The notes beneath the pieces are model-generated. The model had not been told where the DNA came from and did not search any database. It saw only the letters and a program-made list of their open reading frames with translations. This document shows positions 31,750 to 41,187 of a stretch of 56,057 nt of DNA, piece after piece. Numbering within the stretch: the stretch's first letter is position 1; the number at the start of each line of letters is the position of its first letter. The DNA is from a virus, in IMG/VR virus record IMGVR_UViG_3300020472_000001. One strand, written 5' to 3'. Made by a program: the position numbers and the translations under genes.

Positions 31750-31911
31750 TTACTTATCCTTTGCTTTTAAAACATTTAAAGCACACCAATCAATTACTTT
31801 ATATAGATAACTAAACCAATGATTATCTTTTGGTGTTGGTGTGATAGCAGCTACAACAGATGCTATAGAAATTATAGCTGTAACCCATGCAATTATATTT
31901 AATGTGTTCAT
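31750..31911 (-). CDS. possible small membrane protein (53 aa), not in ORF track
   Basis: GGAGAAAC RBS. Hand translation gives MNTLNIIAWVTAIISIASVVAAITPTPKDNHWFSYLYKVIDWCALNVLKAKDK (one TM). Confidence 0.45.
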   Translation of the reverse strand: MNTLNIIAWVTAIISIASVVAAITPTPKDNHWFSYLYKVIDWCALNVLKAKDK

Positions 31912-31987
31912 AGTTTCTCCGTTTTTTTATCTGCATTAGCAGACTTATTAATATTATAGTGTAAAAACATCTAATCGCAATTTTTAC

Positions 31988-32530
31988 CTATAAGAAATTA
32001 AACCACCCTGTAATAATATACTTTTCTTGATTTTCAGATATTTGTCCTCTATGAGCGTGTGTCCAACCCGCAGGAAAAATAATTGTTGAGCCTTTTTTAG
32101 CTTTCGTAACACAATCTTGATATAAGAATTCTGTTCCTCCGTTTTTAACATTGTTTAAATATGTGCTAAAAACTAAGTGTCTGTTTATAACACTAGGATT
32201 ACCATCGTTTTCTATATGCCATTTATAAAAACCCCATCCTTTATCATAATATTGTATTTTAGGACGGTGATTAATACCATAAAACTCTACATCATCTGCA
32301 AATTTATATTTTGAAGTGTATTGTTTTAAACATTTTAATAATTCATTTTTATATAAAAGGTTTGTTAAATCTTCTGGAGCTATCATTATCTCTAATGATT
32401 TTTTTACTTTCTCATCTAACTTACCATTACCAACTCTACCATCTTCTGCGTTAGCTTTATTAACGTTCCAATAATTAATTAGTTCATCAACAGCTTCTTC
32501 ACTTATTTGATATTCGCCTATAAAGTTCAT
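31988..32530 (-). CDS. 2OG-Fe(II) oxygenase-like protein
   Basis: The C-terminal GGTEF...GSTIIFPAGWTHAHRG...KYIITGW pattern is typical of the putative 2OG-Fe(II) oxygenase family common in marine phages. Confidence 0.65.
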   Translation of the reverse strand: MNFIGEYQISEEAVDELINYWNVNKANAEDGRVGNGKLDEKVKKSLEIMIAPEDLTNLLYKNELLKCLKQYTSKYKFADDVEFYGINHRPKIQYYDKGWGFYKWHIENDGNPSVINRHLVFSTYLNNVKNGGTEFLYQDCVTKAKKGSTIIFPAGWTHAHRGQISENQEKYIITGWFNFL

Positions 32531-33123
32531 TGTTTAAAATAAGCAGGTAAACCAATCATAGGTCTACCATCAAATTTATTTTGTTTAGCATCTTTACTAC
32601 TTGCATCGTTGTAGTGTAAAAATACCTGCCCACAATCTTTACCTTCAAAAGGTTTTCTCCAATGTTCTACATCACAACCACGATACATTAACATATCCCC
32701 TTGGTTTAAATTTATTTCAATATCAGGTTCTAAATATATTGACCAATTATCACCACCTAAATTCAAAGTAGTAGATATTTCACAAGAGTATCTATCTTTA
32801 TGTCTTTTTAACTCATCACCATTTTTATAAATTCTTGCATAAGAATAAGTTTCAATTAGCTTTACACCTGATTCTTTTTCCATTATTGGCTTAACTTTTT
32901 GTAATAAAGTTTCCATAACTATATCAGCGTAATGTGAATAAGTTTCAGGTATTTGATTGTCATTCCAAACTCCAAAGTATTCAGTAAACTGTGATATATA
33001 TTTTTCATCAAACAAATATCTTGCTACATCTTTTTTATTTAAAAAATATTGATAACAAAAATCTGCTAGTTCTTTTGATATAGCACCTTTAATTACTTGG
33101 TATTTATTTTTTTTAAAACTCAT
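32527..33123 (-). CDS. 2OG-Fe(II) oxygenase
   Basis: H-x-D (RHKDRY), a distal His (DVEHWR) and GDMLMYRG fit the DSBH dioxygenase pattern. Confidence 0.7.
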   Translation of the reverse strand: MSFKKNKYQVIKGAISKELADFCYQYFLNKKDVARYLFDEKYISQFTEYFGVWNDNQIPETYSHYADIVMETLLQKVKPIMEKESGVKLIETYSYARIYKNGDELKRHKDRYSCEISTTLNLGGDNWSIYLEPDIEINLNQGDMLMYRGCDVEHWRKPFEGKDCGQVFLHYNDASSKDAKQNKFDGRPMIGLPAYFKQ

Positions 33124-33740
33124 TTAAATGGGTATCCTATATTCCAACACACTAAGGAGTGTCGTGTTCCTTTTGTTACTGGTGTAACTCTATGCCAAAC
33201 AAAGGAAGGAAAAACAATTACACTTCCCTTTTGCCTTATTTCTTCACATATTCTTGGTTGTGAACCTTCGTCTGTATTTCTAAAATCAAATTCTAGATCT
33301 CCACCTTCATATTCTTCGGGATCAGTAAGTGATACAGTCATACTGAGTTTTCTTAACTTACCATGTCTATTTGTATTTTCAGGTTCGTCATAAGGTACTT
33401 CAAAAGAATCACAATGCCAATCGTAAAACTGACCTTTTTTATATTCAGTAAATTGGCAAGGCTCTGACCAGTCCCATTCAAAATTCCATTTTGCGTTTGC
33501 ATTAGCTTGGTGTATGTAAGGTTGTATTTCGTTATATATCCATCTATCAGACATCCATACCACATCTGACTTTCTTTTCTTTTGAATGTTTTTAAGTTCT
33601 ACTTCTGTAAGTTCGTTTTTATTAGTGCCTCCTGTAGTAGCTATTTGTTTATCTTGTTCTTTACCATAACGTACTATATCGTCACATATTTTTTCTGGTA
33701 TAGCAGATTTAAAATACCAATAATACCATTTAAGATTCAT
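33120..33740 (-). CDS. 2OG-Fe(II) oxygenase (P4H-like)
   Basis: WHCDSF (H-x-D), RKLSMTVSLTDPEEYEGGDLEF, GSVIVFPSFVWHRVTPVTKGTRHSLVCW. Confidence 0.8.
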   Translation of the reverse strand: MNLKWYYWYFKSAIPEKICDDIVRYGKEQDKQIATTGGTNKNELTEVELKNIQKKRKSDVVWMSDRWIYNEIQPYIHQANANAKWNFEWDWSEPCQFTEYKKGQFYDWHCDSFEVPYDEPENTNRHGKLRKLSMTVSLTDPEEYEGGDLEFDFRNTDEGSQPRICEEIRQKGSVIVFPSFVWHRVTPVTKGTRHSLVCWNIGYPFK

Positions 33741-34497
33741 ATTCTTTTTCTATGTGTTTATATTTTTTTATAACAGAAGGAAGTAAAAAATCTTCTATTG
33801 GGTATGTTTTCTTTTCTATTTTATCCGTTCTTATTGTATGTAAATCTACATCACCAAAAATAGAATCATCATATTGCACACCTTGTATTTCAAATTGTTT
33901 AAGGTTTGTATAAGTGTGTTCAAACTTAGGTATATTAAAAAAATCATAAACACTATTAACTGTACTTTGTGGGTTAGCGATCAACTGGTCGTATGTAATA
34001 AATAAATGCTCATAGTTTTTTTGTACTAAAGGAATTTGCTTAATTACATTTCCTAAAACACCTGTTTCTGGGTTCATAAAATAGTCTGCATCTATTTCAA
34101 TATTCTCTTTTTTAACTTTAAATGCTTTTAATAACGAAGCTAGGCAATCTAAAGGGTTTCTGTACAAAATTAAAAATTTAATCTTTTTATCAAAATACTT
34201 TTCTAATAATTCAAGGTTGCCATCTGATCCCCAATTACATCTATTAATAACATATTTTGTTTTAAATGTTTCAGAATAAGTATAGAAAGTTTTTCTAATA
34301 ACATTATCTAAAGAACCGTGATGAGGAAAGTTTTGCTGTTGAGAAATTTCTTTATTGGTTTTTATTAAGTCAAGTTGGTAAATAATTTCAGTAAGAGGAC
34401 TGTTAGCTGTAAGGGTTATATCTGGGTTTTGATTTAAAATGCTTCCGAGTAAAGTGTTACCTGCACGTTGTAAACTAATACAAAAATATAATTCCAT
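33730..34497 (-). CDS. sulfotransferase-family protein
   Basis: N-terminal PAPS-binding-like loop ISLQRAGNTLLGSIL. The size and the YRNPLD region are consistent with the sulfotransferase fold. Confidence 0.6.
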   Translation of the reverse strand: MELYFCISLQRAGNTLLGSILNQNPDITLTANSPLTEIIYQLDLIKTNKEISQQQNFPHHGSLDNVIRKTFYTYSETFKTKYVINRCNWGSDGNLELLEKYFDKKIKFLILYRNPLDCLASLLKAFKVKKENIEIDADYFMNPETGVLGNVIKQIPLVQKNYEHLFITYDQLIANPQSTVNSVYDFFNIPKFEHTYTNLKQFEIQGVQYDDSIFGDVDLHTIRTDKIEKKTYPIEDFLLPSVIKKYKHIEKEYES

Positions 34498-34509
34498 TGA
34501 TAGGCTAAG

Positions 34510-35529
34510 TTAAATCCAATCGCCGTCTTTTTTTAATTCATATACTTTTCTTAAATTCCAAACACTTGATGCACTAAAATCACCGTTTGGATCATTAACA
34601 GCAACAAATCCTGAACCACCGTTGCCACCCATTCTTGACGAAGATGCAGGGCCATAAGTACCACCACCGCCACCGCCACCTTTATTAACAGCACCAGCAG
34701 TTGATGCCAAATCAGATGCAGAGCCGCTCCCATATCCTGTTCCGCCAGTTCCTCCTGGACCAGGAGCTCCTCCTTTGTCATTAGGAGCTGAAAGATTGCT
34801 ATCACCTGCTGCTCCTCCACCACCGTCTGCTCTAGCTACTGGAGAACCTGTAATAGAAGATGCTACACCTTGTCCGCCTCTACCTCCAATAACATTATCA
34901 GGATTACCTTTTTGACCTGCTTCACCTGCTCCACCGCCACCTACAGCACAACCATAGTTTGAGTCTGGACTTCTAGCACCTCCACCTGGATAACCTTGAT
35001 TAGCTGTTCCTGCACCTGCAGCACTTCCGTCAGGTTTATTACCAACACCATACCAAATACCAGAACCTCCGCCTGAGCCTCCATCTTGTCCAAGCTGACT
35101 ACCACCAGCATTACCACTTGGATTAGTATAAGCAAACCTACTTCCGCCTGAGCCTCCGCCAGCAGAAGTTATGGGGCCAAAACTAGAATCTGCTCCAGGT
35201 CGCCATTCTCCATGTGCTCCTACAGCAACCCCCCCTGCTCCAACTACAACAGGTACTGTTGAGCCTGCGGTAACAGTTAAAGCTGATTCTGCGGAAGCTC
35301 CACCACCAGATGCTTCGCCTGGTGTAGATGACCTGTAACCACCAGCTCCTCCACCTCCGCCAAAAAAACCTCCTGCTCCACCACCAGCAACTACTAAATA
35401 AGTTACTGAGGTTGTTTTAGAAGGTACTGCATAGTTTGTACTACTGTTAAAAGATGTTACTTTTGCTGAAAAAACTGGGTCTTGGGCTGCACCAATTAAT
35501 GGACTTCTTTGAATTTTTGTAATAGGCAT
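34510..35529 (-). CDS. glycine-rich virion (fibre-like) protein
   Basis: 339 aa with long GGxGG tracts after a beta-rich N-terminus (VTYLVVAGGGAGGFFGGGGGAGGY). It lies in the tail-fibre region. Confidence 0.6.
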   Translation of the reverse strand: MPITKIQRSPLIGAAQDPVFSAKVTSFNSSTNYAVPSKTTSVTYLVVAGGGAGGFFGGGGGAGGYRSSTPGEASGGGASAESALTVTAGSTVPVVVGAGGVAVGAHGEWRPGADSSFGPITSAGGGSGGSRFAYTNPSGNAGGSQLGQDGGSGGGSGIWYGVGNKPDGSAAGAGTANQGYPGGGARSPDSNYGCAVGGGGAGEAGQKGNPDNVIGGRGGQGVASSITGSPVARADGGGGAAGDSNLSAPNDKGGAPGPGGTGGTGYGSGSASDLASTAGAVNKGGGGGGGTYGPASSSRMGGNGGSGFVAVNDPNGDFSASSVWNLRKVYELKKDGDWI

Positions 35530-35533
35530 AATA

Positions 35534-35995
35534 TTAAACCTCGCTCCATTGTAGATTACTGGTTCTCCAAACGTAGTCAGTTTCTGTTACTGGGTCAGTA
35601 GTTTCGTCAAATGTTTTACCTATCCATCTTCGGTTAACTTCATCCCATGTTGCGTTAGCTCTAAGACCACCTATATCAACTGTAGTTGGAAAATTTACTG
35701 GTGCTTGCCAATCATCGTTCGTGTTTAAATACCAGGAGGGAAAGGGTTGTGGTTCTATAAATTTATCTTTAACTTTATCGTAAGTGACGCCAATACCTGC
35801 AAATCGTTTTCTAAAATTACGGTTGTAAGAAGTTTGTTTCCAAGCGACACCACTTTCTGAGTGTGGTACTACAGAAGCTACAAAAGTTTCTGCTTCTGTA
35901 CTTAACTCGCCACCGTTAGCATCTACATCCTCGTTGGATATTACTATTACTCGTATTACTTTGTTGTTGCTGTCAAGTTCTGCAAAATGAGCCAT
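35534..35995 (-). CDS. hypothetical protein (153 aa)
   Basis: ORF in the late operon. Confidence 0.75.
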   Translation of the reverse strand: MAHFAELDSNNKVIRVIVISNEDVDANGGELSTEAETFVASVVPHSESGVAWKQTSYNRNFRKRFAGIGVTYDKVKDKFIEPQPFPSWYLNTNDDWQAPVNFPTTVDIGGLRANATWDEVNRRWIGKTFDETTDPVTETDYVWRTSNLQWSEV

Positions 35996-36006
35996 TTCCT
36001 AACTCC

Positions 36007-36372
36007 TTACGCGTCACCTAATATTTCACCAGAAATCACATATTCTAAATCACTATTAGCACTAGCTGTTAATCTTAATAAATCCGTTTCATCCAAGTAA
36101 ATTCCTGAATTTTTGTCAATAAGCACTAAAGTTGAATCTGCTGGTACTGCTACTGTTTTTGCTATATGAAAATAATTAGAACCATTATCTCTTGATACTG
36201 AAGCAGTTATATTAGCTGAATTGGTACCATCTACATTTGATATGATTACTGTGTTTATTTTATATATAACATCAGCAGGTACATCAATTACATCTGTTGC
36301 TGAAGTTGTGACTGCTCCACACATATTAAATCCTTGTATGGAAGTTACGTTTACTATATTTACTGCTGCCAT
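36007..36372 (-). CDS. hypothetical structural-module protein (121 aa)
   Basis: ORF in the late operon, beta-rich. Confidence 0.75.
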   Translation of the reverse strand: MAAVNIVNVTSIQGFNMCGAVTTSATDVIDVPADVIYKINTVIISNVDGTNSANITASVSRDNGSNYFHIAKTVAVPADSTLVLIDKNSGIYLDETDLLRLTASANSDLEYVISGEILGDA

Positions 36373-36386
36373 ATTTTTCTCCTAAA

Positions 36387-37349
36387 TTATCCGAATACAA
36401 CAGCCATGGCAATGGCTTTACCTGTTGAGGTTTTTGTATTGAGCTGGGTTTGTATGTTGGAAGTTACTCCGTCACTAAAGTTTAATTCTGCTGCTGTTGA
36501 AGTAATAGTTGTACTTGCAATAGATAAAGCGTCTGTTTCTAATGTGCCGTCTATATCTACATCTCCTGATATATCTAAACTTGCTGCTGTTATTTCACCA
36601 CCAACTGTAAGTGTGGTAGCCATATCTACAGCTCCGTCTATATCTACTACATCTAAGTTAGTAGTTCCGTCTACATCTATATCGCCTGAAATATCTAAGG
36701 CTGTACCGATTAAGGTTTGTGTTAACGTTATTTGGCCATTAGAAGCAATAGTCATAGCATCTACGTCTGAGGCAGAACCTATCGTTTTACCGTCACCAAT
36801 AATAAGATCATCAGTTAGCGTAACTATACCTGTAACACCTAATGTACCACCAACCGTTGCTAGTCCACCTATAGCAACATCATCTGTAACTGTTAAATCA
36901 TCTTCTACTTTTAGATCTACAACGTTAAGACTAGCAAAAGCGTCAACCATTGCCGCACCAGAACCTGCTCCGTCAGAGTAAATTAACTTAGTATCTCCAG
37001 CAGGTATTGTTATATTAGCTCCACTACCTTGAGAAATAATTATGTTTTGTGAACCAGTAGTACCGTTTTCAATAAACCAAAGTTTTGATACGGTATTAGG
37101 TGCTATGGTAATAGTACAAGCACTATCAAGAGTACCTGTGTATTTAAGATATAAAGATCTACCAGGATCAGTTGATCCATCAGCTATTGTAGTTGTATGA
37201 GTATCAGCGTTTGTTGTTATGGCCTCAGTACCAAAACTAAACGCTTCACCTATAAGCTCTAGATTAGTATTTGTGCTTGTGCCCCAGGTACCTGATTCGT
37301 CACCTGTTGCTATTTCTTTTAACCTAAGATCATTTACATAAGTTGCCAT
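36387..37349 (-). CDS. tail-fibre-like protein (320 aa)
   Basis: N-terminus MATYVNDLRLKEIATGDESGTWGTSTNTNLE. Internal DISGD(I/V)D(V/I)DG repeats. Confidence 0.55.
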   Translation of the reverse strand: MATYVNDLRLKEIATGDESGTWGTSTNTNLELIGEAFSFGTEAITTNADTHTTTIADGSTDPGRSLYLKYTGTLDSACTITIAPNTVSKLWFIENGTTGSQNIIISQGSGANITIPAGDTKLIYSDGAGSGAAMVDAFASLNVVDLKVEDDLTVTDDVAIGGLATVGGTLGVTGIVTLTDDLIIGDGKTIGSASDVDAMTIASNGQITLTQTLIGTALDISGDIDVDGTTNLDVVDIDGAVDMATTLTVGGEITAASLDISGDVDIDGTLETDALSIASTTITSTAAELNFSDGVTSNIQTQLNTKTSTGKAIAMAVVFG

Positions 37350-37394
37350 GCTTGTCTCCGTTCAAATTTATTATAAGTTGTTTTTTCATAAAAG

Positions 37395-38042
37395 TTAAGC
37401 GACTTCTTCCCAGTTAGGGGTTTGTGTATCATTTATTAAGCTCCAAACACGTGTAGATCCTACTAAACCTTCTGCTTGTCCTAGTTCAGGTGATATATTT
37501 GCTTTACAAACTGTAGTGACTGTTCCTAAGGAAGAAGTGCCTGCAAACCCAGTTACAAAAACATTATTTACTGTCTTGGTTGTACTTGTGCCTAAAGCTG
37601 ATGTTGTACCAAATCCAGAAACAGATAAATTATTATTACTGACTGGAATAAGAGTACCTAATACTCCAAGCATAGGTGAGTCAAAATCAGTATCAGTAGG
37701 TATATTATTGTTTGTTGATAAAGTTGCCGTACCTAAAGCTGATGTGCCATTTAGTCCACTTACGCTTATATTATTTACTGAGGTTGTTGTAGCTGTACCT
37801 AGATTACCTGCTGCTAATAGAGTGGTAGCTGATACATTAGCTTCAGCTTGAATCGTTACACTAACAGAACCTAAACTAGCAGTAACTCCACCTAATGAAG
37901 CTATAGCTTGTGCGTTAACTGCTACAACTGGCGTACCTACTGATCCTGCTGCGGGTGCGGTTATTGAAAGAGGAACACTTGCTTCACCATAAGCCAGTTG
38001 TCCCCAAGTACCTCGACCCCAGCCGTTAAGGAACTCGGCCAT
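37395..38042 (-). CDS. tail-fibre-like repeat protein (215 aa)
   Basis: Repeated LGT(A/S)TT..VNN(I/V).V(S/T)GF.GTS(A/S)LGT units. Confidence 0.5.
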   Translation of the reverse strand: MAEFLNGWGRGTWGQLAYGEASVPLSITAPAAGSVGTPVVAVNAQAIASLGGVTASLGSVSVTIQAEANVSATTLLAAGNLGTATTTSVNNISVSGLNGTSALGTATLSTNNNIPTDTDFDSPMLGVLGTLIPVSNNNLSVSGFGTTSALGTSTTKTVNNVFVTGFAGTSSLGTVTTVCKANISPELGQAEGLVGSTRVWSLINDTQTPNWEEVA

Positions 38043-38043
38043 T

Positions 38044-38469
38044 TTAGGCTATACGTATAATCGCTGTGCTTGCTGCTGCTGCTGGAAAAACAATAGTAAA
38101 ATCACCTGCTGTAGAAGTTTTATCTCCACCAAAGTCGATTGTTGCTACTGACTTATCGCTATTGGTATCGTTATAAATAAGACAACCTCTAGCTGTAACA
38201 GTCGCTGTACCAAAAGTTAAATCTGCAAAATCAGTAAAACCAGTAGTTCCAGAACTTGTAGGTGCAACTTTAGTTAAAGCATTACCGCCTGCTGTGTAGT
38301 TAGTGCCACTTGCTTCTTGTGAAGTTGAATAAGCAGTTGTAGTTGCTCCCATAGTGGCAGAACTTGTGAATAAAGCAAGTTTAAAAGCATTACCATTAGT
38401 TGCAAAATTATGTGTTGCAGTTAATAGTTCTTTTTTAAAACTTGTAGTTAATGTTGATGTAATTGCCAT
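38044..38469 (-). CDS. hypothetical structural protein (141 aa)
   Basis: Ala/Thr/Ser-rich beta-type ORF in the fibre region. Confidence 0.7.
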   Translation of the reverse strand: MAITSTLTTSFKKELLTATHNFATNGNAFKLALFTSSATMGATTTAYSTSQEASGTNYTAGGNALTKVAPTSSGTTGFTDFADLTFGTATVTARGCLIYNDTNSDKSVATIDFGGDKTSTAGDFTIVFPAAAASTAIIRIA

Positions 38470-38470
38470 A

Positions 38471-38770
38471 TTAAATACCTTTAATTATTTTTGCTATATC
38501 TTCGCTACCTTGACCAGATAAATCTTGTATCAAAGTGGCTTTATAAGATTTTAAAGCATTTTTTATATAAATCAAACAAACTTGATAAATCATATCTCTA
38601 TATGCTTTTGCTTGTTGTTGTATATGAGGATCTTGGCTTTCGCTATGGCTTACTATTTTATCAGTAAGTCTTTCCGCCCAAAACTCTGGAGGATGACCGC
38701 CATAATTAGATGTCTTTGCTTCTATAATGCCTAATCCAGGTACTCCAGCAGGAGTTATATGGTCTACCAT
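38471..38770 (-). CDS. hypothetical protein (99 aa)
   Basis: ORF in the late operon. Confidence 0.7.
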   Translation of the reverse strand: MVDHITPAGVPGLGIIEAKTSNYGGHPPEFWAERLTDKIVSHSESQDPHIQQQAKAYRDMIYQVCLIYIKNALKSYKATLIQDLSGQGSEDIAKIIKGI

Positions 38771-39495
38771 TTTTTAGGTTCTGGAGACATTAAATGTGAG
38801 TCGTTTCTGTCTATTAATACAGGTTTATTTACTTTTTTTGTTATTTTAAGGTTTTTTAATTTTTCAATTTTTAATCCTTTTTCATCTGACATTACTACCA
38901 AAGGATTTGCTAATCTATGATAACCGTATAGTTTTTGTTCTGCTGGAACGTCTGTATCAAGTAACCCAGATGTATGTGCTACTTCTACTTGCATACCTGC
39001 TGATATACATTTACTTAACCAAAACTCAGTACAACCTCTTCCTGCTTCTGCAAAATGTAAATTACCTTTGTATGAAAAATCTACCCCAAACATCTTTATA
39101 ACCGATACCTCGTTCCATAATGCAAAAGCTATTGCGTAGGCAACCGTATTATTTAGGTAATAACAGTTAAGCTCTGTAACAACCTCTTCTACAGGATAAT
39201 CTACTAACCCAGGACATCTGTCATCTAATTCACAGGTATAAATAGGTCCTTTGTGTTCTTCAAGCATTTTTTTCATGCTTTCAGTCTGTCCACCAGCATC
39301 TTCTGTATCTAAGAACCTAGATGCAGGATCCATCATAAATACTCTATCGTGATAGATTACCGTACCTACACCATTTATTGCCCACACCTCATCAAAGTGA
39401 ACCCCGTGTGATTTTGCAAGATTGTAATCAAACCAGCTTTTGCCTAGACCAACTATGGCTACTGATTTGCCCTTTAGACTTTCAATTTTTTCCAT
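38764..39495 (-). CDS. hypothetical protein with Rossmann-like N-terminus (243 aa)
   Basis: GKSVAIVGLGKSW...DEVWAING suggests a nucleotide-binding or glycosyltransferase-like fold. Not assignable by eye. Confidence 0.6.
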   Translation of the reverse strand: MEKIESLKGKSVAIVGLGKSWFDYNLAKSHGVHFDEVWAINGVGTVIYHDRVFMMDPASRFLDTEDAGGQTESMKKMLEEHKGPIYTCELDDRCPGLVDYPVEEVVTELNCYYLNNTVAYAIAFALWNEVSVIKMFGVDFSYKGNLHFAEAGRGCTEFWLSKCISAGMQVEVAHTSGLLDTDVPAEQKLYGYHRLANPLVVMSDEKGLKIEKLKNLKITKKVNKPVLIDRNDSHLMSPEPKKW

Positions 39496-39501
39496 GTATT
39501 T

Positions 39502-40176
39502 TTAAGATACCGTTGTCCTCAAAGAATCGTAACGGTACTCATCTCTCCTTCCGCGAGCTTCAGCAAGATTTTTTAATCTTGTAATTTCAAGTAAAAAGCG
39601 TTGCTCGTATAGTTGTTGTATATCGCTTTCCCCTTTTAAAAATATATTAGCTTCCACTAATGCTCCATATAGTAACGCATTTCTAGCATTTTGAGAAATC
39701 CAAGTGCCAGTTGTGTCTGTTACTAATGAATTTGGTTTAAATAGATAGTGTAGTTCAACACTATAATCTAAATCTGGTACAGGACTTACAATCAGCGTAG
39801 AGCCATTGTCAGTTGCTGTAGAGAGTTCTTTATCAAAGTCTGCATAATATAACGGTTGACCTCGTAATGTTGTGTCTGTTGGATCTACAGAGAACTCACG
39901 CATAAAAGTAGTATGCTTTTTATCTAAATATTTGTAATCACCATTAGCATCTATAACAGCTAGTGAAAAACTCATTTGAAAATCTGTTGGTGCGGTTAAA
40001 TAAGTGTTGCCAGCAGTTAAATTACCCGTTACATTTTTACGAAAGTAATCAAACTGTATTAGTTCAAATATTCTTTCTTCAGAATTTTTAATAAAATCAT
40101 CAAGAGTAGAAACAAATGTAGTTTCTGTATTTTCTACATAATTTTGTATTAATGTTTTAAGTTCTGCTAATGTCAT
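39502..40176 (-). CDS. hypothetical virion protein (224 aa; possible head-tail adaptor)
   Basis: Position between the head and fibre genes. The function is contextual only. Confidence 0.45.
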   Translation of the reverse strand: MTLAELKTLIQNYVENTETTFVSTLDDFIKNSEERIFELIQFDYFRKNVTGNLTAGNTYLTAPTDFQMSFSLAVIDANGDYKYLDKKHTTFMREFSVDPTDTTLRGQPLYYADFDKELSTATDNGSTLIVSPVPDLDYSVELHYLFKPNSLVTDTTGTWISQNARNALLYGALVEANIFLKGESDIQQLYEQRFLLEITRLKNLAEARGRRDEYRYDSLRTTVS

Positions 40177-40514
40177 TATGTAGTAATTGTAACCTCACCT
40201 AGTGATGCTGTCATCTTTGGAGTTGTAAAATTAGTTGGTAAAGTAGACGGGTTCATAAAATCTGGTTTTAAATTATTAGAACTTACAACAACAACAAAGC
40301 CCTCACCTTCTTCTTTATCGTTGTTTGGTCTTGGTTTATATAAAGCTTCTGGATCTGCTGTAGCTGTTAATGGTTCAAGCTGTGGATGTTTTGGCTCATA
40401 ACAATCTGGACATACTTTAGCACCATTCCATTCTTCTTTAAGTTCATGTAATTTGTATTCAAAAGAACATCTATCACATAAAGCACGTGCAAACTTACCT
40501 AAAGAGTAAGCCAT
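40176..40514 (-). CDS. zinc-ribbon-containing virion-module protein (112 aa)
   Basis: CDRC...CPDC cysteine pairs. Start/stop overlap with its neighbour. Confidence 0.7.
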   Translation of the reverse strand: MAYSLGKFARALCDRCSFEYKLHELKEEWNGAKVCPDCYEPKHPQLEPLTATADPEALYKPRPNNDKEEGEGFVVVVSSNNLKPDFMNPSTLPTNFTTPKMTASLGEVTITT

Positions 40515-40515
40515 G

Positions 40516-41187
40516 TTAATTCATCCTAATATTAGGTCTTACTCTAAATGATGCTCTATCTTCATCCTGGTCTGCTGCTCTACGGAACTCTTCTTCGTAT
40601 AAAGCTTTTAATTGTGGAGTAAGTTGTGGATTCTTTTTTAATGATATGTAATAAGCTAAACCTGCTACAAAACAAGGGTAAAATCTAAAAGGCATATCCA
40701 TAGTGTTGGTAGCTGTATCAGCATCATCCATTCTTACTATTTTGTTGAACACAAGAATGTCTGTACTGTTTTCTGGTGCAGGCCATACTTTTAAAACTGG
40801 TGTAGTTAATTTATCAAAGAAAAATTGTGAAGGTCTAGCCTTTGTAGTTTTATTTGGGATATTGGTATATGCAGATCTACTTATTCTATTAATGCTAATA
40901 TCAGTTTGAACATCATTTACAGTTCTACGAACCACAACATCTAAAACATCAATTACATTAGCATTTAAAGAATAATCGGTTGTGCCTTCGGTAACAGTTT
41001 GTGTGGCTTGCTCAATAGTCCATTGGTTTAACCCACGATTTGCCCATTCAGCCAACATAAGATTTACACTACGTATAGCTGTTTTAAGATCATACCCTGT
41101 TCTAAGTTCTAAACCGCAACGCTCATAAGCTTCCTCAATAAACTCAGTTACGTTTGGTTCAAAATTTGTGCTTCCTGATAATGCCAT
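40516..41187 (-). CDS. hypothetical virion protein (223 aa; possible adaptor/tail tubular protein)
   Basis: ORF in the neck/tail region. The function is contextual only. Confidence 0.45.
   Translation of the reverse strand: MALSGSTNFEPNVTEFIEEAYERCGLELRTGYDLKTAIRSVNLMLAEWANRGLNQWTIEQATQTVTEGTTDYSLNANVIDVLDVVVRRTVNDVQTDISINRISRSAYTNIPNKTTKARPSQFFFDKLTTPVLKVWPAPENSTDILVFNKIVRMDDADTATNTMDMPFRFYPCFVAGLAYYISLKKNPQLTPQLKALYEEEFRRAADQDEDRASFRVRPNIRMN

Noticed and set aside
34551-35135. Alternative-frame minus-strand ORFs (90 aa, 64 aa) inside the glycine-rich gene
   Set aside because: These frames stay open because of GGN repeat composition. The products are Val/Leu/Gln strings without start signals.
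36334-36981. 215-aa plus-strand ORF opposite the tail-fibre gene
   Set aside because: Long antisense frames are expected in low-complexity, repeat-encoding DNA. It is Ser/Val/Pro-rich with no RBS, and the minus-strand gene has a coherent fibre-like product.
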